Made by a program: the position numbers and the translations under genes
Shown: in pieces, positions 40,784-51,243 of the stretch
Numbering within the stretch: the first letter of the stretch is position 1
Layout of the letters: the number at the start of each line of letters is the position of its first letter
The notes under the pieces: generated by a model
Told to the model about the DNA's origin: nothing
The model's input: only the letters and a program-made list of their open reading frames with translations
Databases searched by the model: none
From: an uncultured Candidatus Saccharibacteria bacterium
Lineage (GTDB): Bacteria > Patescibacteriota > Saccharimonadia > Saccharimonadales > 2-12-FULL-41-12
Length of the DNA: 64,000 bases
Direction: 5' to 3'
Assembly: GCA_947085855.1 (NCBI GenBank)
Contig: CAMTYB010000001.1
Location: 673,421 to 737,420, forward strand

Positions 40784-42057
40784 AATGTTTTTCGAGCCTG
40801 ATGTCCTATGTCTAATCTGACCTGAGCATTATCAAAGCCGATTTTGCCCGATTGTGCTCCTTCACCCGCAAGGTCGATTGCACCATAGGCAGCTACGGCA
40901 GCCCTATCAAGATTTTCGCCAGTACCTGTGACGTAGAGGACTCGGCCGCCATTGACTCGATTTGAATCATCAACCCCAGCTCTGTGTATCGTGACGTCTG
41001 TATATGTGTTATTGAGTCCATAAACAAAATTACCTGCCTGGGGTTTTGATGGATACCCTGGCGCTGCCAAGCAGACAGTCAGGGCTGCAGCGCCAAGCAT
41101 GGTGCTGCGAGTTTTAGGGACTTCCAGTGACCCTTCGGCTGCCGAGCGCAGTAGGCGATAGGTATCTATGCCTTGCTGCTGCAGTAGTGGCAGCAAGACC
41201 TGAGTCTCAGGGTCACCAAAGCGCACATTATATTCGATAACCGTCGGGTCGCCGTTCTGTTGCTCTGACAGCATAATACCTACGTAGAGAACAGCGCGCT
41301 CAAACGGTACACCAGCCTGCTCGCGCATTCCTGCCAGGCTATTGCCGACAATATCGTAAATTTTTTTGTATTGCTCGCCGCTTACAATCGAAGAGGGTAC
41401 TGGTGCGTAGGCTCCCATGCCGCCAGTATTTGGTCCAGTGTCGCCATCAAGTAGGCGCTTATGATCTTGCGACAAGGGTAGTAGATAGAACTCATCATTA
41501 TCACCGACAATAGTCATGGCTGACACTTCGGGGCCGCTGTGCCTGTCGGATATATTAATCACTCGTCCAGCTGCACCCAAGGCAGTGCCATTCAGCATGG
41601 CGTGAATAGTGTCGGAGGTCTCTATGTATGAGTCTGGCAGCACGACACCCTTTCCGCCAGCGAGACCATTCGCTTTCAGAACGATACTTTCTGGAGGTCG
41701 GTTAGCTATATAGTCCAGTGCTTGAAACGGGTTGTTAGTTGAGAATGTGGCAGGGTGTGGAATGCGAGCTTGCATCATCATATCGGTAGCAAAATACTTA
41801 CTGCCTTCGTACTGCGCTGCTGCCTTGCTCGGCCCAAGGACGGTATAGCCGTCTGCGCGCAGTTCATCAGCTAGTCCGTCAACCAGCGGCTGCTCGGGAC
41901 CGATGACAACAAACGGCTTCTCATGTTTACTAAACTTCCCAAGCACCTCAGCGGGATTAGAAGCAACTTCAATGTGACTAACGTCATCACACGTTTGCAT
42001 GGTCTGGCGTAAAGCGTCTTCGCGGCCGCCACTACCGATAATCAACACTTCGCTCAT
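40780..42057 (-). CDS. purD: phosphoribosylamine--glycine ligase
   Basis: VLIIGSGGREDAL...ATP-grasp core LKANGLAGGKGV...GPNTGGMGAY...EYNVRFGDPE. The 3' end overlaps the convergent gene by 4 nt. Confidence 0.9.
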   Translation of the reverse strand: MSEVLIIGSGGREDALRQTMQTCDDVSHIEVASNPAEVLGKFSKHEKPFVVIGPEQPLVDGLADELRADGYTVLGPSKAAAQYEGSKYFATDMMMQARIPHPATFSTNNPFQALDYIANRPPESIVLKANGLAGGKGVVLPDSYIETSDTIHAMLNGTALGAAGRVINISDRHSGPEVSAMTIVGDNDEFYLLPLSQDHKRLLDGDTGPNTGGMGAYAPVPSSIVSGEQYKKIYDIVGNSLAGMREQAGVPFERAVLYVGIMLSEQQNGDPTVIEYNVRFGDPETQVLLPLLQQQGIDTYRLLRSAAEGSLEVPKTRSTMLGAAALTVCLAAPGYPSKPQAGNFVYGLNNTYTDVTIHRAGVDDSNRVNGGRVLYVTGTGENLDRAAVAAYGAIDLAGEGAQSGKIGFDNAQVRLDIGHQARKTF

Positions 42058-42171
42058 ATAAAGTAACTATAACATCTCACCAAAGAGACTATAGTTCAGT
42101 TAAATTTATAACAGCACCCAAACTCTACTTTGCGTACTATAGAAGTTCCTATAAACGAGGAGGTTTTATAA

Positions 42172-42357
42172 ATGGCACAAGTTACAGATCAGAATCATGA
42201 TAAAGCAATCGCAACTACCGTCTTGACGTATATTGGTCTCGGTTTCATTATTGGCGCAATCGTGGGCCTAGCCATCGGTAGCGTAGCGTGGGGAGTAATG
42301 GTTGGCTCGGTTGGCGGTGCTGTGACCGCAATCATCGCCTTGTTTACCAAAGAATAA
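42172..42357 (+). CDS. small (61 aa) 2-TM membrane protein
   Basis: Strong SD GAGGAGG upstream, and two Gly/Ala/Ile-rich TM helices. Confidence 0.5.
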   Translation: MAQVTDQNHDKAIATTVLTYIGLGFIIGAIVGLAIGSVAWGVMVGSVGGAVTAIIALFTKE

Positions 42358-42624
42358 CTAGTCGACTTTAGTGAAGCGCGGTACTAGATTGCCGTTAAAT
42401 TCAGCCTGGGCAACCCAGCTATAAAGCGGGCGAGTGAAGATGAGGTTACTGCCGTATTGTGCTTGGTAGACGACACAAATGGTTTCGTCTGACTCTTGGA
42501 TAGCCAGGTTAATGACTCGGTACGATTGACCGGGATCTTTGTAGTGTGAATAAAGGGCGCCAACAACGACGAGTTGTTCGGCTTGTTTGAGCTCAGCGGC
42601 GAGCTCGGCTTCGGGTTTCTGCAT
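42358..42624 (-). CDS. DUF1653 domain protein
   Basis: GALYSHYKDPGQSYRVINLAIQESDETICVVYQAQYGSNLIFTRPLYSW matches the DUF1653 pattern. Confidence 0.65.
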   Translation of the reverse strand: MQKPEAELAAELKQAEQLVVVGALYSHYKDPGQSYRVINLAIQESDETICVVYQAQYGSNLIFTRPLYSWVAQAEFNGNLVPRFTKVD

Positions 42625-42685
42625 AATTACATCATATGGATAAAGCGGACGATGTCAATTACTTTGCTTGACTGCAGTATAGTAG

Positions 42686-43264
42686 ATGGTAATGTCTGAG
42701 GTGTTACCGCAAGAATTTTTTACCAAGCCAGCTCCCGAATTAGCTCGGGACCTGCTGGGCTGCGTGCTCGTGCACAAAACCTCCGAAGGCACGGTCTCAG
42801 GAATTATTGTCGAAACCGAAGCCTATAGCCAGGAAGATGCTGCGAGCCATAGTTATCGGGGTGAGACGCCGCGTAATTCGGTGATGTTTGGATCGGCCGG
42901 CCATGCCTACGTTTATTTCACCTATGGCATGCACTATTGCTTCAATGTTGTGAGCGGTCAGCCGGGTCATGGTCAAGCCGTGTTGCTGCGAGCGCTGCAG
43001 CCACTGGATGGCATAGAATTGATGCGCCAACGCCGTAAGCAAGACCAAGACAAGCAACTCTGCAACGGCCCGGCTAAACTTGTCCAAGCTATGGGCATAT
43101 CCAAACAAGACTATGGCAAGCCGTTATTTGAGGGCGATCTGCACATCTCTAAACGACTTAAAGAAGACCCCCGGATCAGTGAAGGGCCACGGATTGGCAT
43201 CAGTAAGGCCGTCGATGTGCCGTGGCGCTTTTGGCTGACAGACAATCCGTTTATCTCAAGATAA
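42686..43264 (+). CDS. DNA-3-methyladenine glycosylase (AAG/Mpg family)
   Basis: FFTKPAPELARDLLG...GIIVETEAY...DAASHSYRG.TPRN..MFG..GHAYVYF.YGMH.C.NVV. Confidence 0.85.
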   Translation: MVMSEVLPQEFFTKPAPELARDLLGCVLVHKTSEGTVSGIIVETEAYSQEDAASHSYRGETPRNSVMFGSAGHAYVYFTYGMHYCFNVVSGQPGHGQAVLLRALQPLDGIELMRQRRKQDQDKQLCNGPAKLVQAMGISKQDYGKPLFEGDLHISKRLKEDPRISEGPRIGISKAVDVPWRFWLTDNPFISR

Positions 43265-43316
43265 TCAGCTAATCTGTTGCTCTCGATTAGCATAAGCAGG
43301 TAAACTAATAGTAAGT

Positions 43317-44744
43317 ATGGCGACGAACACTATTCCGAATGTCCCGATAGCAGACTTCAAGCGCACCAAGATTGTAGCAACGGTGGGTCCTGCTACTAAT
43401 ACGTACGATAGTATAAAGCAGCTGATCACCTCTGGTGCCAATGGTATTCGATTGAATTTTAGTCATGGCACACACGATGAGCGTGATAAACAATTGAAAT
43501 GGATCCGCAAGGCAGCTAGCTCGTATGGCAAGCCGGTGGCGATTATCCAAGACCTGCAAGGCCCAAAGATTCGCTTAGGTGACTTCGAAGGCATCATCAA
43601 TGTTGCTACTGGTCAAAGCTTAGTGTTTGGCTATGGTAAAGATTACGAAACTACCGGCATCATTCCCATTCAATACGACCTATCCAAGAAGATGAAGCGC
43701 GGCGAGCGTCTATATATTTATGATGGCCGCGTCAAGACCACGGTTACCAGTGTCAAGGATGGTTTGGTACACGTTCGGGCCGAAAACGCTGGCATTTTGC
43801 TCAAGAGAAAGGGCATCAACATCCCGGACACCGACTTTGGTGGTGACATTATTACTGCCAAGGATAAAAAAGATATTGCCTACGGCTCAACCAAAGATAT
43901 CGATTATGTGGCCCTCAGTTTTGTGCAAACGCCAGACGACATAGTTGCGCTACGTCGCAAGCTCCACACCCTTGGCTCAACGGCCAAGATTATTGCTAAA
44001 GTCGAGACGAGAATTGCTATTGAAAATCTAGAGGCTATTACCGAGGAAGCCGATGCCGTTATGGTCGCCCGTGGCGATTTGGCTATAGAAAGCAGCCCCG
44101 AAGCTGTGCCAATTATTCAGCGGCAAATCATTGAGCTCGGAATGAAACACGCCAAGCCAACCATTGTAGCTACTCAAATGTTAGCCAGTATGACCGAGAC
44201 ACCCGAGCCAACCCGAGCTGAAGTCTCTGATGTTGCCACTGCCACCTTGCTGGGTGCTGATGCGGTGATGCTGAGTGATGAGACTGCGAATGGCCAGTAT
44301 CCAATCGAATCCGTCAGAGTTATGAAAAAAATCATAAACTATACCCAATCGCACGCGCTACATCCGCCGTCGCTGGTTGACCAGACACACGCTTCTAAAA
44401 GTCGGGCTATTGCTGTGGCTACTATTTCATTGGCTCGCACTATGCACGCCAAGGCAATTGTGGCCGAAACCAAGTCTGGCGCAACGGCTCTGCAAGTTTC
44501 GTCACGCCGTCCCGAAATTCCAATCATTGCCGTTACCTCGGTTATTCGAACTGCTCAACAACTGGCCATTGTGTATGGTACCAAGAGCTATATTCGACCC
44601 GATAGTCGCATGGCTGCCACTAAGTTAACCAACTGGTTGCATCGAGCAAAAGTACTGGAAAAGGGCGATACCATAGTGACAGCATCTGGCCAATATCCAG
44701 GTGTTGTTGGCACAACCGACACCATAAAGGTCCGGGTGCTCTAG
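43317..44744 (+). CDS. pyk: pyruvate kinase
   Basis: KRTKIVATVGPAT...GANGIRLNFSHG...QDLQGPKIRLG...MVARGDLAIE...ATQMLASM. Confidence 0.92.
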   Translation: MATNTIPNVPIADFKRTKIVATVGPATNTYDSIKQLITSGANGIRLNFSHGTHDERDKQLKWIRKAASSYGKPVAIIQDLQGPKIRLGDFEGIINVATGQSLVFGYGKDYETTGIIPIQYDLSKKMKRGERLYIYDGRVKTTVTSVKDGLVHVRAENAGILLKRKGINIPDTDFGGDIITAKDKKDIAYGSTKDIDYVALSFVQTPDDIVALRRKLHTLGSTAKIIAKVETRIAIENLEAITEEADAVMVARGDLAIESSPEAVPIIQRQIIELGMKHAKPTIVATQMLASMTETPEPTRAEVSDVATATLLGADAVMLSDETANGQYPIESVRVMKKIINYTQSHALHPPSLVDQTHASKSRAIAVATISLARTMHAKAIVAETKSGATALQVSSRRPEIPIIAVTSVIRTAQQLAIVYGTKSYIRPDSRMAATKLTNWLHRAKVLEKGDTIVTASGQYPGVVGTTDTIKVRVL

Positions 44745-44760
44745 CTGAAAAGGGTGGGGA

Positions 44761-46044
44761 ATGTTTCATAAAAAAACCGTCAAAGATATTGATCTAAAAA
44801 ACAAAACCGTCCTGCTGCGGGCTGACTATAATGTGCCGATCAAAGACGGCAAGATCACTGATGACTATCGACTCGAAAAGTCACTACCGACAGTGAAGTA
44901 TCTGCTTGGCCAAAACTGCAAGATTGTCATTTGCTCGCACCTTGGCCGACCAAACGGGATTGATGCAAGCTTGTCACTAGCGCCTGTAGCAAAGCGTCTC
45001 GCCAGACTATTGGATCACGAAGTCGATTTTGTCGATGACTGTGTGGGTGCTCAGGTTACCGAAAAAGTTAAAGACCTTAAAGCCAGACAAGTTCTGATGT
45101 TAGAAAACCTTCGCTTCCACGAAGAAGAGAAGGCTAATGACGCTGTCTTTGCCCAGCAACTGACTGATGGTATCGATGTTTTAGTTCAAGATGCATTTGG
45201 TGTTATTCATCGCACAGATGCCAGCCTCGTGGCAGTTACGCACAATGTGCCAAGCGTAGCCGGCCTACTTGTGGAACAAGAAGTCGAGACTATTACTAAA
45301 GCTATGGAGTCACCGGAGCGACCACTCTTTGCGCTCGTCGGGGGTGCCAAGATTAGTGACAAAATTGACATGCTGCATCGCTTTATAGACCTGGCTGACG
45401 TAGTCGCAGTCGGTGGTGCTATGGCTAACACGTTTTTGCTAGCTCAGGGCATCAAAATTGGCGAAAGCTTAGCCCAAAAAGACGAGATACCACTGGCCAA
45501 AGAAATTATTGCCAAAGCTCAAGCTAAAGCCAAAAAAGGCTCATTCATCTTTTATATTCCCCAAGATGGTGTGGTAGCGAAAGCAATCGACAGTAAAGCT
45601 AAAACCCGGATTGTTGACTGGGGCACGCACGCTATTGCCGAGATTGAGCATTATCCAAAATATCCGCCTAAGCAGAGCAGTGAAGTAGCCCCCGATGAAT
45701 CCATTCTTGATATCGGGCCATTCTCGGGCGCTTTCATTGCTGGCTCCATGCAATTAGCCAAGACCGTTATCTGGAACGGAGCCATGGGCGTGACCGAGAC
45801 ACCTGGCCTGCTGTCAAAAACTGGTCCATATTCGCACGGTACCGAGCTGGTTGTTGAAGCCATGTTAGGTCAGTTTGGCCACAAGCCGTATTCGATTGTT
45901 GGCGGCGGAGACACAGTTGGCTACATCGAGGATCAAAACCTCGTATCGTACTTTGGTCATGTCTCAACCGGAGGTGGTGCGAGCATGGAGCTGATGAGCG
46001 GCAAAAAGCTTGCGGGGTTAGAGGCCTTGCAAAATAAGGACTAA
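44761..46044 (+). CDS. pgk: phosphoglycerate kinase
   Basis: KTVLLRADYNVPI...ITDDYRL...SHLGRP...GGAKISDKI...GGGDT...STGGGASME. Confidence 0.95.
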   Translation: MFHKKTVKDIDLKNKTVLLRADYNVPIKDGKITDDYRLEKSLPTVKYLLGQNCKIVICSHLGRPNGIDASLSLAPVAKRLARLLDHEVDFVDDCVGAQVTEKVKDLKARQVLMLENLRFHEEEKANDAVFAQQLTDGIDVLVQDAFGVIHRTDASLVAVTHNVPSVAGLLVEQEVETITKAMESPERPLFALVGGAKISDKIDMLHRFIDLADVVAVGGAMANTFLLAQGIKIGESLAQKDEIPLAKEIIAKAQAKAKKGSFIFYIPQDGVVAKAIDSKAKTRIVDWGTHAIAEIEHYPKYPPKQSSEVAPDESILDIGPFSGAFIAGSMQLAKTVIWNGAMGVTETPGLLSKTGPYSHGTELVVEAMLGQFGHKPYSIVGGGDTVGYIEDQNLVSYFGHVSTGGGASMELMSGKKLAGLEALQNKD

Positions 46045-46063
46045 TGGTACAATAAGCATAACC

Positions 46064-46858
46064 ATGACAGATAAGATTTCAAACAGAAAAACCCTAGTGG
46101 TAGCTAACTGGAAGATGCATCTCACTGTGTCGCAAGCCAGCTTACTGACAGCTCGCCTGCATAAACAGATTGCCGGTCATCGCGATATTGAAGTTGTCCT
46201 AGCTCCCAGCCTATTAGCTCTACAGCCACTCAGTTTACAGATCGATCGTCGTCGTTTTCGCCTAGCGGCTCAAAATGCCAACGCTCAAGACGAGGGTGCT
46301 CTAACTGGTGAAGTCTCATTCTCGATGTTGCACAACATTGTCCACTACGTTATTATCGGCCACTCCGAACGTCGTATTTATTTTCATGAATCCCTCGAAA
46401 CAATTCGTGACAAGGTTGCTGCCGCTATTCGTAATGGTATTATGCCGATTCTGTGCATTGGTGAAACGGCTGAAGAGCGTCATGCTGGCGAGACTAAGCA
46501 AGTACTGCACGACCAAGTAGTTTCGGCACTGAGCAATCTCACCAAAGAAGAAGTTGAGCACATCGTAATCGCCTACGAACCAGTCTGGGCTATCAGTAAT
46601 TTTGGCGGCAAACTAGCAAAACCAGACGATATAGCTGTTTGCATGCGCTTTATCCGCAAGCAAATCGCCGAGCTTTATGGTGATCATGCCGGCGAAGTCG
46701 TCCGAATCTTATATGGCGGTAGTGTTGATGAACATATCGCCGCCGGCTACTTAGAAATCGAAGACTGTGATGGTGTTTTGGTTGGCAATGCGAGCCTTAA
46801 TTACCACAAATTTAGCGGCATCGCTGACGCTGCCTATCGAACTAATAGAAAAGAATAA
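46064..46858 (+). CDS. tpiA: triose-phosphate isomerase
   Basis: VVANWKMH...GALTGEVS...VIIGHSERR...CIGE...IAYEPVWAI...ILYGGSV. Confidence 0.9.
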   Translation: MTDKISNRKTLVVANWKMHLTVSQASLLTARLHKQIAGHRDIEVVLAPSLLALQPLSLQIDRRRFRLAAQNANAQDEGALTGEVSFSMLHNIVHYVIIGHSERRIYFHESLETIRDKVAAAIRNGIMPILCIGETAEERHAGETKQVLHDQVVSALSNLTKEEVEHIVIAYEPVWAISNFGGKLAKPDDIAVCMRFIRKQIAELYGDHAGEVVRILYGGSVDEHIAAGYLEIEDCDGVLVGNASLNYHKFSGIADAAYRTNRKE

Positions 46859-46866
46859 GCTATAGT

Positions 46867-47655
46867 ATGGCTCCTCTTAAAAAATCAAAATCGACCTCTA
46901 AAAAGTCCAAAACCTCCAAAGTCTTACACGATGTAGCTAAGCCAGGCGAAACCCGGGTTGACACAACATCTCGACCAGTTATAGTCGGCCACAAAAGTAC
47001 CATCAAACAGGACCCCATGTTCAAAGAGGCTAGCGATGATCCGGAAGAGCCGCTCGCTCGTCCTGCTCGTGGCAAAGATCTAGAACCAGTTTCCGACGAG
47101 CCACTCGTCACCGAGGAATTAGAAGAATCAACCGTAGCCCAGTCAGAGCCCGAGACAACTGAAGAGACGGCTGAATTTACGCTGCCTATCGAACTTGAAG
47201 AGGAGCCTACCCCAGAGGAGGAACCTGAAAAAAAACCCGAACCAGAGCCAAAACCCGAGCTAGAAGAATCGCCTAAAGAAAAAAAAGTAGCGTCAACTCC
47301 TGACAAAAAACCGGAGACGAGCCCAGAGAAGTCAAAAGAAAAAAGCGAGGCCGAAGAGCCTTCCCCGGGAGAGGATACCGCTAAAGATGCATCAACCGAC
47401 GAGGTAGACAAGACCAAGGAGAGTGCTGATGCCAAAGCGCTGGCCGAACAAGAGGCTCGTACTGCTGAGGTCCAAAAACTAGTCAATTCAAAAGAGTTCT
47501 TTGTGCCGATCGGCCAGGCCAGCCGCCGCCGATCAAATTATGCAGGAATTATTCTATTGATACTTGTGATTGTCGCAGCAGCTATAGGTGTCAATTTTGC
47601 GGTTGACGCTGAATTGATCGAAATCGGCGTAGAGCCACTTACAGATTTCTTGTAA
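46867..47655 (+). CDS. hypothetical E/K/P-rich acidic protein with a C-terminal TM anchor
   Basis: Low-complexity region (EEPEKKPEPEPKPELEESPKEKK...) followed by the TM helix YAGIILLILVIVAAAIGVNF. The antisense ORF 46860-47486 is a compositional shadow. Confidence 0.55.
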   Translation: MAPLKKSKSTSKKSKTSKVLHDVAKPGETRVDTTSRPVIVGHKSTIKQDPMFKEASDDPEEPLARPARGKDLEPVSDEPLVTEELEESTVAQSEPETTEETAEFTLPIELEEEPTPEEEPEKKPEPEPKPELEESPKEKKVASTPDKKPETSPEKSKEKSEAEEPSPGEDTAKDASTDEVDKTKESADAKALAEQEARTAEVQKLVNSKEFFVPIGQASRRRSNYAGIILLILVIVAAAIGVNFAVDAELIEIGVEPLTDFL

Positions 47656-47718
47656 ATAAGCGTAGTAATTTATATATGCGTTAACATTTTAAACGCACAT
47701 TCTTGGTACAATAGATTG

Positions 47719-49941
47719 ATGTCTCCAGAATCTTTTTTAACTGGTTTAAATCCAGAGCAACAGCGGGCAGTTACGACTACGGAGGGGCCATTACTCATCC
47801 AGGCAGGAGCTGGCAGCGGTAAGACCAAAACACTGACGCACCGTATTGCCTATATTATTGGCACCAGCAAAGCGACTCCATTTAATATTCTAGCTGTGAC
47901 CTTTACCAACAAAGCAGCCCGCGAGATGCGTGAGCGGTTAGCTAACTTGCTTGGTCAATCGGCTGACAACCGAGCCTTTTTGCCGTACATGGGAACATTC
48001 CACAGTATTTGCGTACGACTATTACGCCGGGATGGTAGCTATGTTGGTGTGCCGCCAAACTTTGTGATCTTTGATGAACTCGATCGACTGGCTGCAATTA
48101 AGCAAGTCTGTAAAACGTTGTCGGTTGACGAAAAAGCCTACCCAGCTCGTCAAATATCTGGTCGCATCAGTGGTGCCAAGAATGACCTGACTTCTCCCGA
48201 GGATTACCAGCAGCAAGCCAGTGCGCCACTTGAGCAAGTAGTTGCTGATGTGTTTCCGCGCTATCAAAGAATTTTGCACGAAGCCGGTGCTCTCGACTTT
48301 GATGATTTAATTGCTAAAACGGTTGCCATGCTCAAAGATAATCCAGAAGTTCGGGCTCGTTGGCAACAGCAGTTCCGCTACATCATGATTGATGAGTATC
48401 AGGACACGAATGCCGCCCAGTATCAGTTAGTTCAGTTGTTGGTTGGTGCCGATAAGAATATTGCTGTAGTCGGTGACGACTGGCAGAGCATATATTCATG
48501 GAGAGGTGCCGATTTCCGTAACATTTTGAAGTTTGAAAAAGATTATCCAAAATGCACCGTCATCAAGCTTGAACAAAACTACCGTAGCACCAAACATATC
48601 TTAGACGCTGCCCATGCAATTATTACCAAAAATGCCCAGCGCTCAGATAAAGAGCTGTGGACAGAAGCCGGAGCTGGTTTACCGGTTCAGATGGTGCCGG
48701 TTGGCAACGAGCGTAGTGAAGGCGAAGCCATTGTGCGGCGCGTCAAACAACGTTTAGACGCTGGACTCAGGAACTTCAATGATTTTGCTGTGCTGTACCG
48801 TACGAACGCCCAGAGTCGTTCGCTCGAGGAGGCTTGTCTGCACTACGGTGTCCCATACCGTATTATCGGTGGTCAGCGTTTTTATGATCGCAAAGAAATT
48901 AAAGACATCATGGCATATATTCGTTTGTTGTTTCAGCCAGAAGATAGGGTCAGCTTTGAACGCATCATCAATGTGCCGACTCGTGGTATTGGTACTAAAT
49001 CAGTCCAAACGTTCTTTCAGTGGCAAGCCAATCAAAATGTTTCATTGAATCAAGCTCTTGATAACGTCCAGGCCTGTCCAGATTTGACACCCAAGGCACG
49101 GGCGGCAATAAGTCAATTCGGTGTTATGATGCAAGAAGTGCGCGAGATGATTGAGGAAGTAGCCGTAGTTGCACTGATTGAATCGTTGATTCGCAAGATT
49201 GATTACATGAATTTTCTCGATGATCGAACCCCTCAAGGTGAGGCTCGTCAGGAAAACGTTCGTGAACTGCTGAGCGTTGCCAAAGAGTATCAAGATGTTG
49301 GCCTGGAGGGTTTCTTGGAGGAAGTTTCATTGGTCAGCGATGTCGAATCAGGCGACAAAAGCGACCAAGCCATAACCTTGATGACGCTGCATGCCGCCAA
49401 GGGCTTGGAATTCCCGGTAGTCTTTATGACCGGCATGGAGGAGACGATTTTTCCACACACACGGGCGTTGTATGATCAATCTGAAATGGAAGAAGAGCGG
49501 CGTCTTTGCTACGTTGGTATGACACGGGCGCGCGAAGAGTTGTATATGCTCTACAGCTCATCACGCATGCTGTATGGTGGCGTCCAGCACAATCCACCAA
49601 GTCGTTTTTTGTCAGAAATTGATGGTGAATTTGCCGAACAACTAACACCAAGTTTCTCGTTTGGTCAAAACGCTCGACAGAGCAGTAACCTTGACGGCAT
49701 CGACCAGACGCCACAATATGATGCCAACTATAATCCATGGGAAAAAGCGTCAAATAAGTCTTCGGCTGAATCAAGTGAGCCGCGGTACACGCCAGATATC
49801 AATGAGGGTGATAGCGTCCAGCATCAATTGTTTGGTATTGGCACGGTCATGGAACTTGAGGGTGACAATGCTGTTATTTACTTCAAAGGCAAGGGGAGCA
49901 AGAAGTTGAACATTGCCTTTGCACCACTTAAAAAGCTATAA
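47719..49941 (+). CDS. pcrA: ATP-dependent DNA helicase PcrA/UvrD (SF1)
   Basis: LNPEQQRAV...AGAGSGKTKTLTHR (motif I)...MIDEYQDTN (motif II)...NYRS...TLHAAKGLEFPVVF...YVGMTRA. ATG 47719 lies 7 nt downstream of TGgTACAAT. Confidence 0.92.
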   Translation: MSPESFLTGLNPEQQRAVTTTEGPLLIQAGAGSGKTKTLTHRIAYIIGTSKATPFNILAVTFTNKAAREMRERLANLLGQSADNRAFLPYMGTFHSICVRLLRRDGSYVGVPPNFVIFDELDRLAAIKQVCKTLSVDEKAYPARQISGRISGAKNDLTSPEDYQQQASAPLEQVVADVFPRYQRILHEAGALDFDDLIAKTVAMLKDNPEVRARWQQQFRYIMIDEYQDTNAAQYQLVQLLVGADKNIAVVGDDWQSIYSWRGADFRNILKFEKDYPKCTVIKLEQNYRSTKHILDAAHAIITKNAQRSDKELWTEAGAGLPVQMVPVGNERSEGEAIVRRVKQRLDAGLRNFNDFAVLYRTNAQSRSLEEACLHYGVPYRIIGGQRFYDRKEIKDIMAYIRLLFQPEDRVSFERIINVPTRGIGTKSVQTFFQWQANQNVSLNQALDNVQACPDLTPKARAAISQFGVMMQEVREMIEEVAVVALIESLIRKIDYMNFLDDRTPQGEARQENVRELLSVAKEYQDVGLEGFLEEVSLVSDVESGDKSDQAITLMTLHAAKGLEFPVVFMTGMEETIFPHTRALYDQSEMEEERRLCYVGMTRAREELYMLYSSSRMLYGGVQHNPPSRFLSEIDGEFAEQLTPSFSFGQNARQSSNLDGIDQTPQYDANYNPWEKASNKSSAESSEPRYTPDINEGDSVQHQLFGIGTVMELEGDNAVIYFKGKGSKKLNIAFAPLKKL

Positions 49942-50004
49942 TAATATAGTTTGCCAATCGAGGAGAGTCGTGACTATTGACCTGATTGGAAAGCACATAT
50001 TTTT

Positions 50005-51240
50005 ATGAAGCAAACGCTATCTCGTCACAAACATGCATTCTCACTGCCATACTGGCATAAACACCCGTTGGTGGTGCCAGTTGTTACCTTTATGATCTTG
50101 TTCTTTGTGTCACTCGGTGCATTCGTAGTCGTTAACGGCGAAACGATGGGACCAAGCGACACCAAGGTTGTCCAGCTCTATGTTGATGGAGAACGTCGGA
50201 TTGTACCGACTCGTGCTAATACTGTCGGCGACGTCCTGCAAAAGGCCGGCATTGAGTTGCGCGAAGGTGATGTAGTTGAACCAGCGGCTGACACCCCAAT
50301 AATTAGTCAAGATTTTGATGTCAATGTATACCGAGCCAAGCCGATTACTGTAGTAGATGCCAACGGCCAAAAGTATACCGCCAAAGTGCCAGATTCAACA
50401 CCGGCTGCTATGGCTCGCAAAGCCGGCGCTACCGTTTATCCCGAAGATAAGGTTGTTGTGGCGGACTCTGGCGACACCATTCAAGACGGTGTCTTAGGCG
50501 CCAAGTTTGTGATCGAACGAGCTATTCCTATCAATATCAATCTGTACGGCAATAATATTCCAACTCGTACCCACGCCAAAACTGTGGCTCAAGCCTTGCA
50601 AGAAAAAGGCATCAAAGCCATTGCCGGCGACACTGTTCTGCCAGCTCCAGACACAGCGTTGGCTCCAGATACACAGATCTTTATTACCAGCGTTGGGAAG
50701 CAATTAACGACAGTCGAAGAAGCCATACCCCAGCCAGAAGAAAAAGTCAGTGACCCAAATACTGCTGCTGGCACCCGTGTCGTTAAGGACCCTGGCTCAC
50801 CAGGCAGACGCGTTATTACCTATGAAATTGTTCTAGAGAACGGTAGGGAAGTTAGTCGACGGCCAATCCAGGAAGTCATTGCTAGTCAGCCAGTTAAGCG
50901 AGTCGTTGCCGAAGGCACCAAGGTTGTTATTAGTAATCCATCGGCCAATGTTGCCATCGGTCAGCGTTTGGCAGCTGAGCGTGGTTGGAGCGGTAACGAA
51001 TTCCAATGCCTGTATCAGTTATGGCAAAAAGAATCAAAGTGGAATCATCTCGCTAATAATCGTAACTCGGGCGCCTACGGCATCCCGCAATCCTTACCCG
51101 GCTCAAAGATGGGTTCGGTAGCACCAGATTGGCAGACTAATCCAGAAACCCAAATTAAGTGGGGACTCGGCTATATTGCACGTTCATATAAAACACCGTG
51201 TTCTGCTTGGGCTAAATCACAATCAAGTGGTTGGTACTAG
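50005..51240 (+). CDS. DUF348 / G5 domain cell-wall protein with a C-terminal lysozyme-like (SLT/Apf-type) domain
   Basis: N-terminal TM anchor. DUF348 repeats (VQLYVDGERRIVPTRANTVGDVLQKAGI...). G5 domain (GTRVVKDPGSPGRRVITYEIVLENG). The C-terminus is LWQKESKWNHLANNRNSGAYGIPQSLPGSKM. Confidence 0.75.
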   Translation: MKQTLSRHKHAFSLPYWHKHPLVVPVVTFMILFFVSLGAFVVVNGETMGPSDTKVVQLYVDGERRIVPTRANTVGDVLQKAGIELREGDVVEPAADTPIISQDFDVNVYRAKPITVVDANGQKYTAKVPDSTPAAMARKAGATVYPEDKVVVADSGDTIQDGVLGAKFVIERAIPININLYGNNIPTRTHAKTVAQALQEKGIKAIAGDTVLPAPDTALAPDTQIFITSVGKQLTTVEEAIPQPEEKVSDPNTAAGTRVVKDPGSPGRRVITYEIVLENGREVSRRPIQEVIASQPVKRVVAEGTKVVISNPSANVAIGQRLAAERGWSGNEFQCLYQLWQKESKWNHLANNRNSGAYGIPQSLPGSKMGSVAPDWQTNPETQIKWGLGYIARSYKTPCSAWAKSQSSGWY

Positions 51241-51243
51241 GCT

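Noticed and set aside
42058-42171. Imperfect inverted repeat AACTATA...TATAGTT upstream of the 61-aa membrane protein gene
   Set aside because: The arms match only partially (mismatches after 7 nt), and the pairing is AT-rich and easily arises by chance.
46860-47486. 208-aa Ser/Gly-rich ORF on the minus strand
   Set aside because: It is exactly antisense to the E/K/P-rich gene 46867-47655. It is a low-complexity compositional shadow with no RBS, and the + strand gene has the TM anchor and a sensible context.
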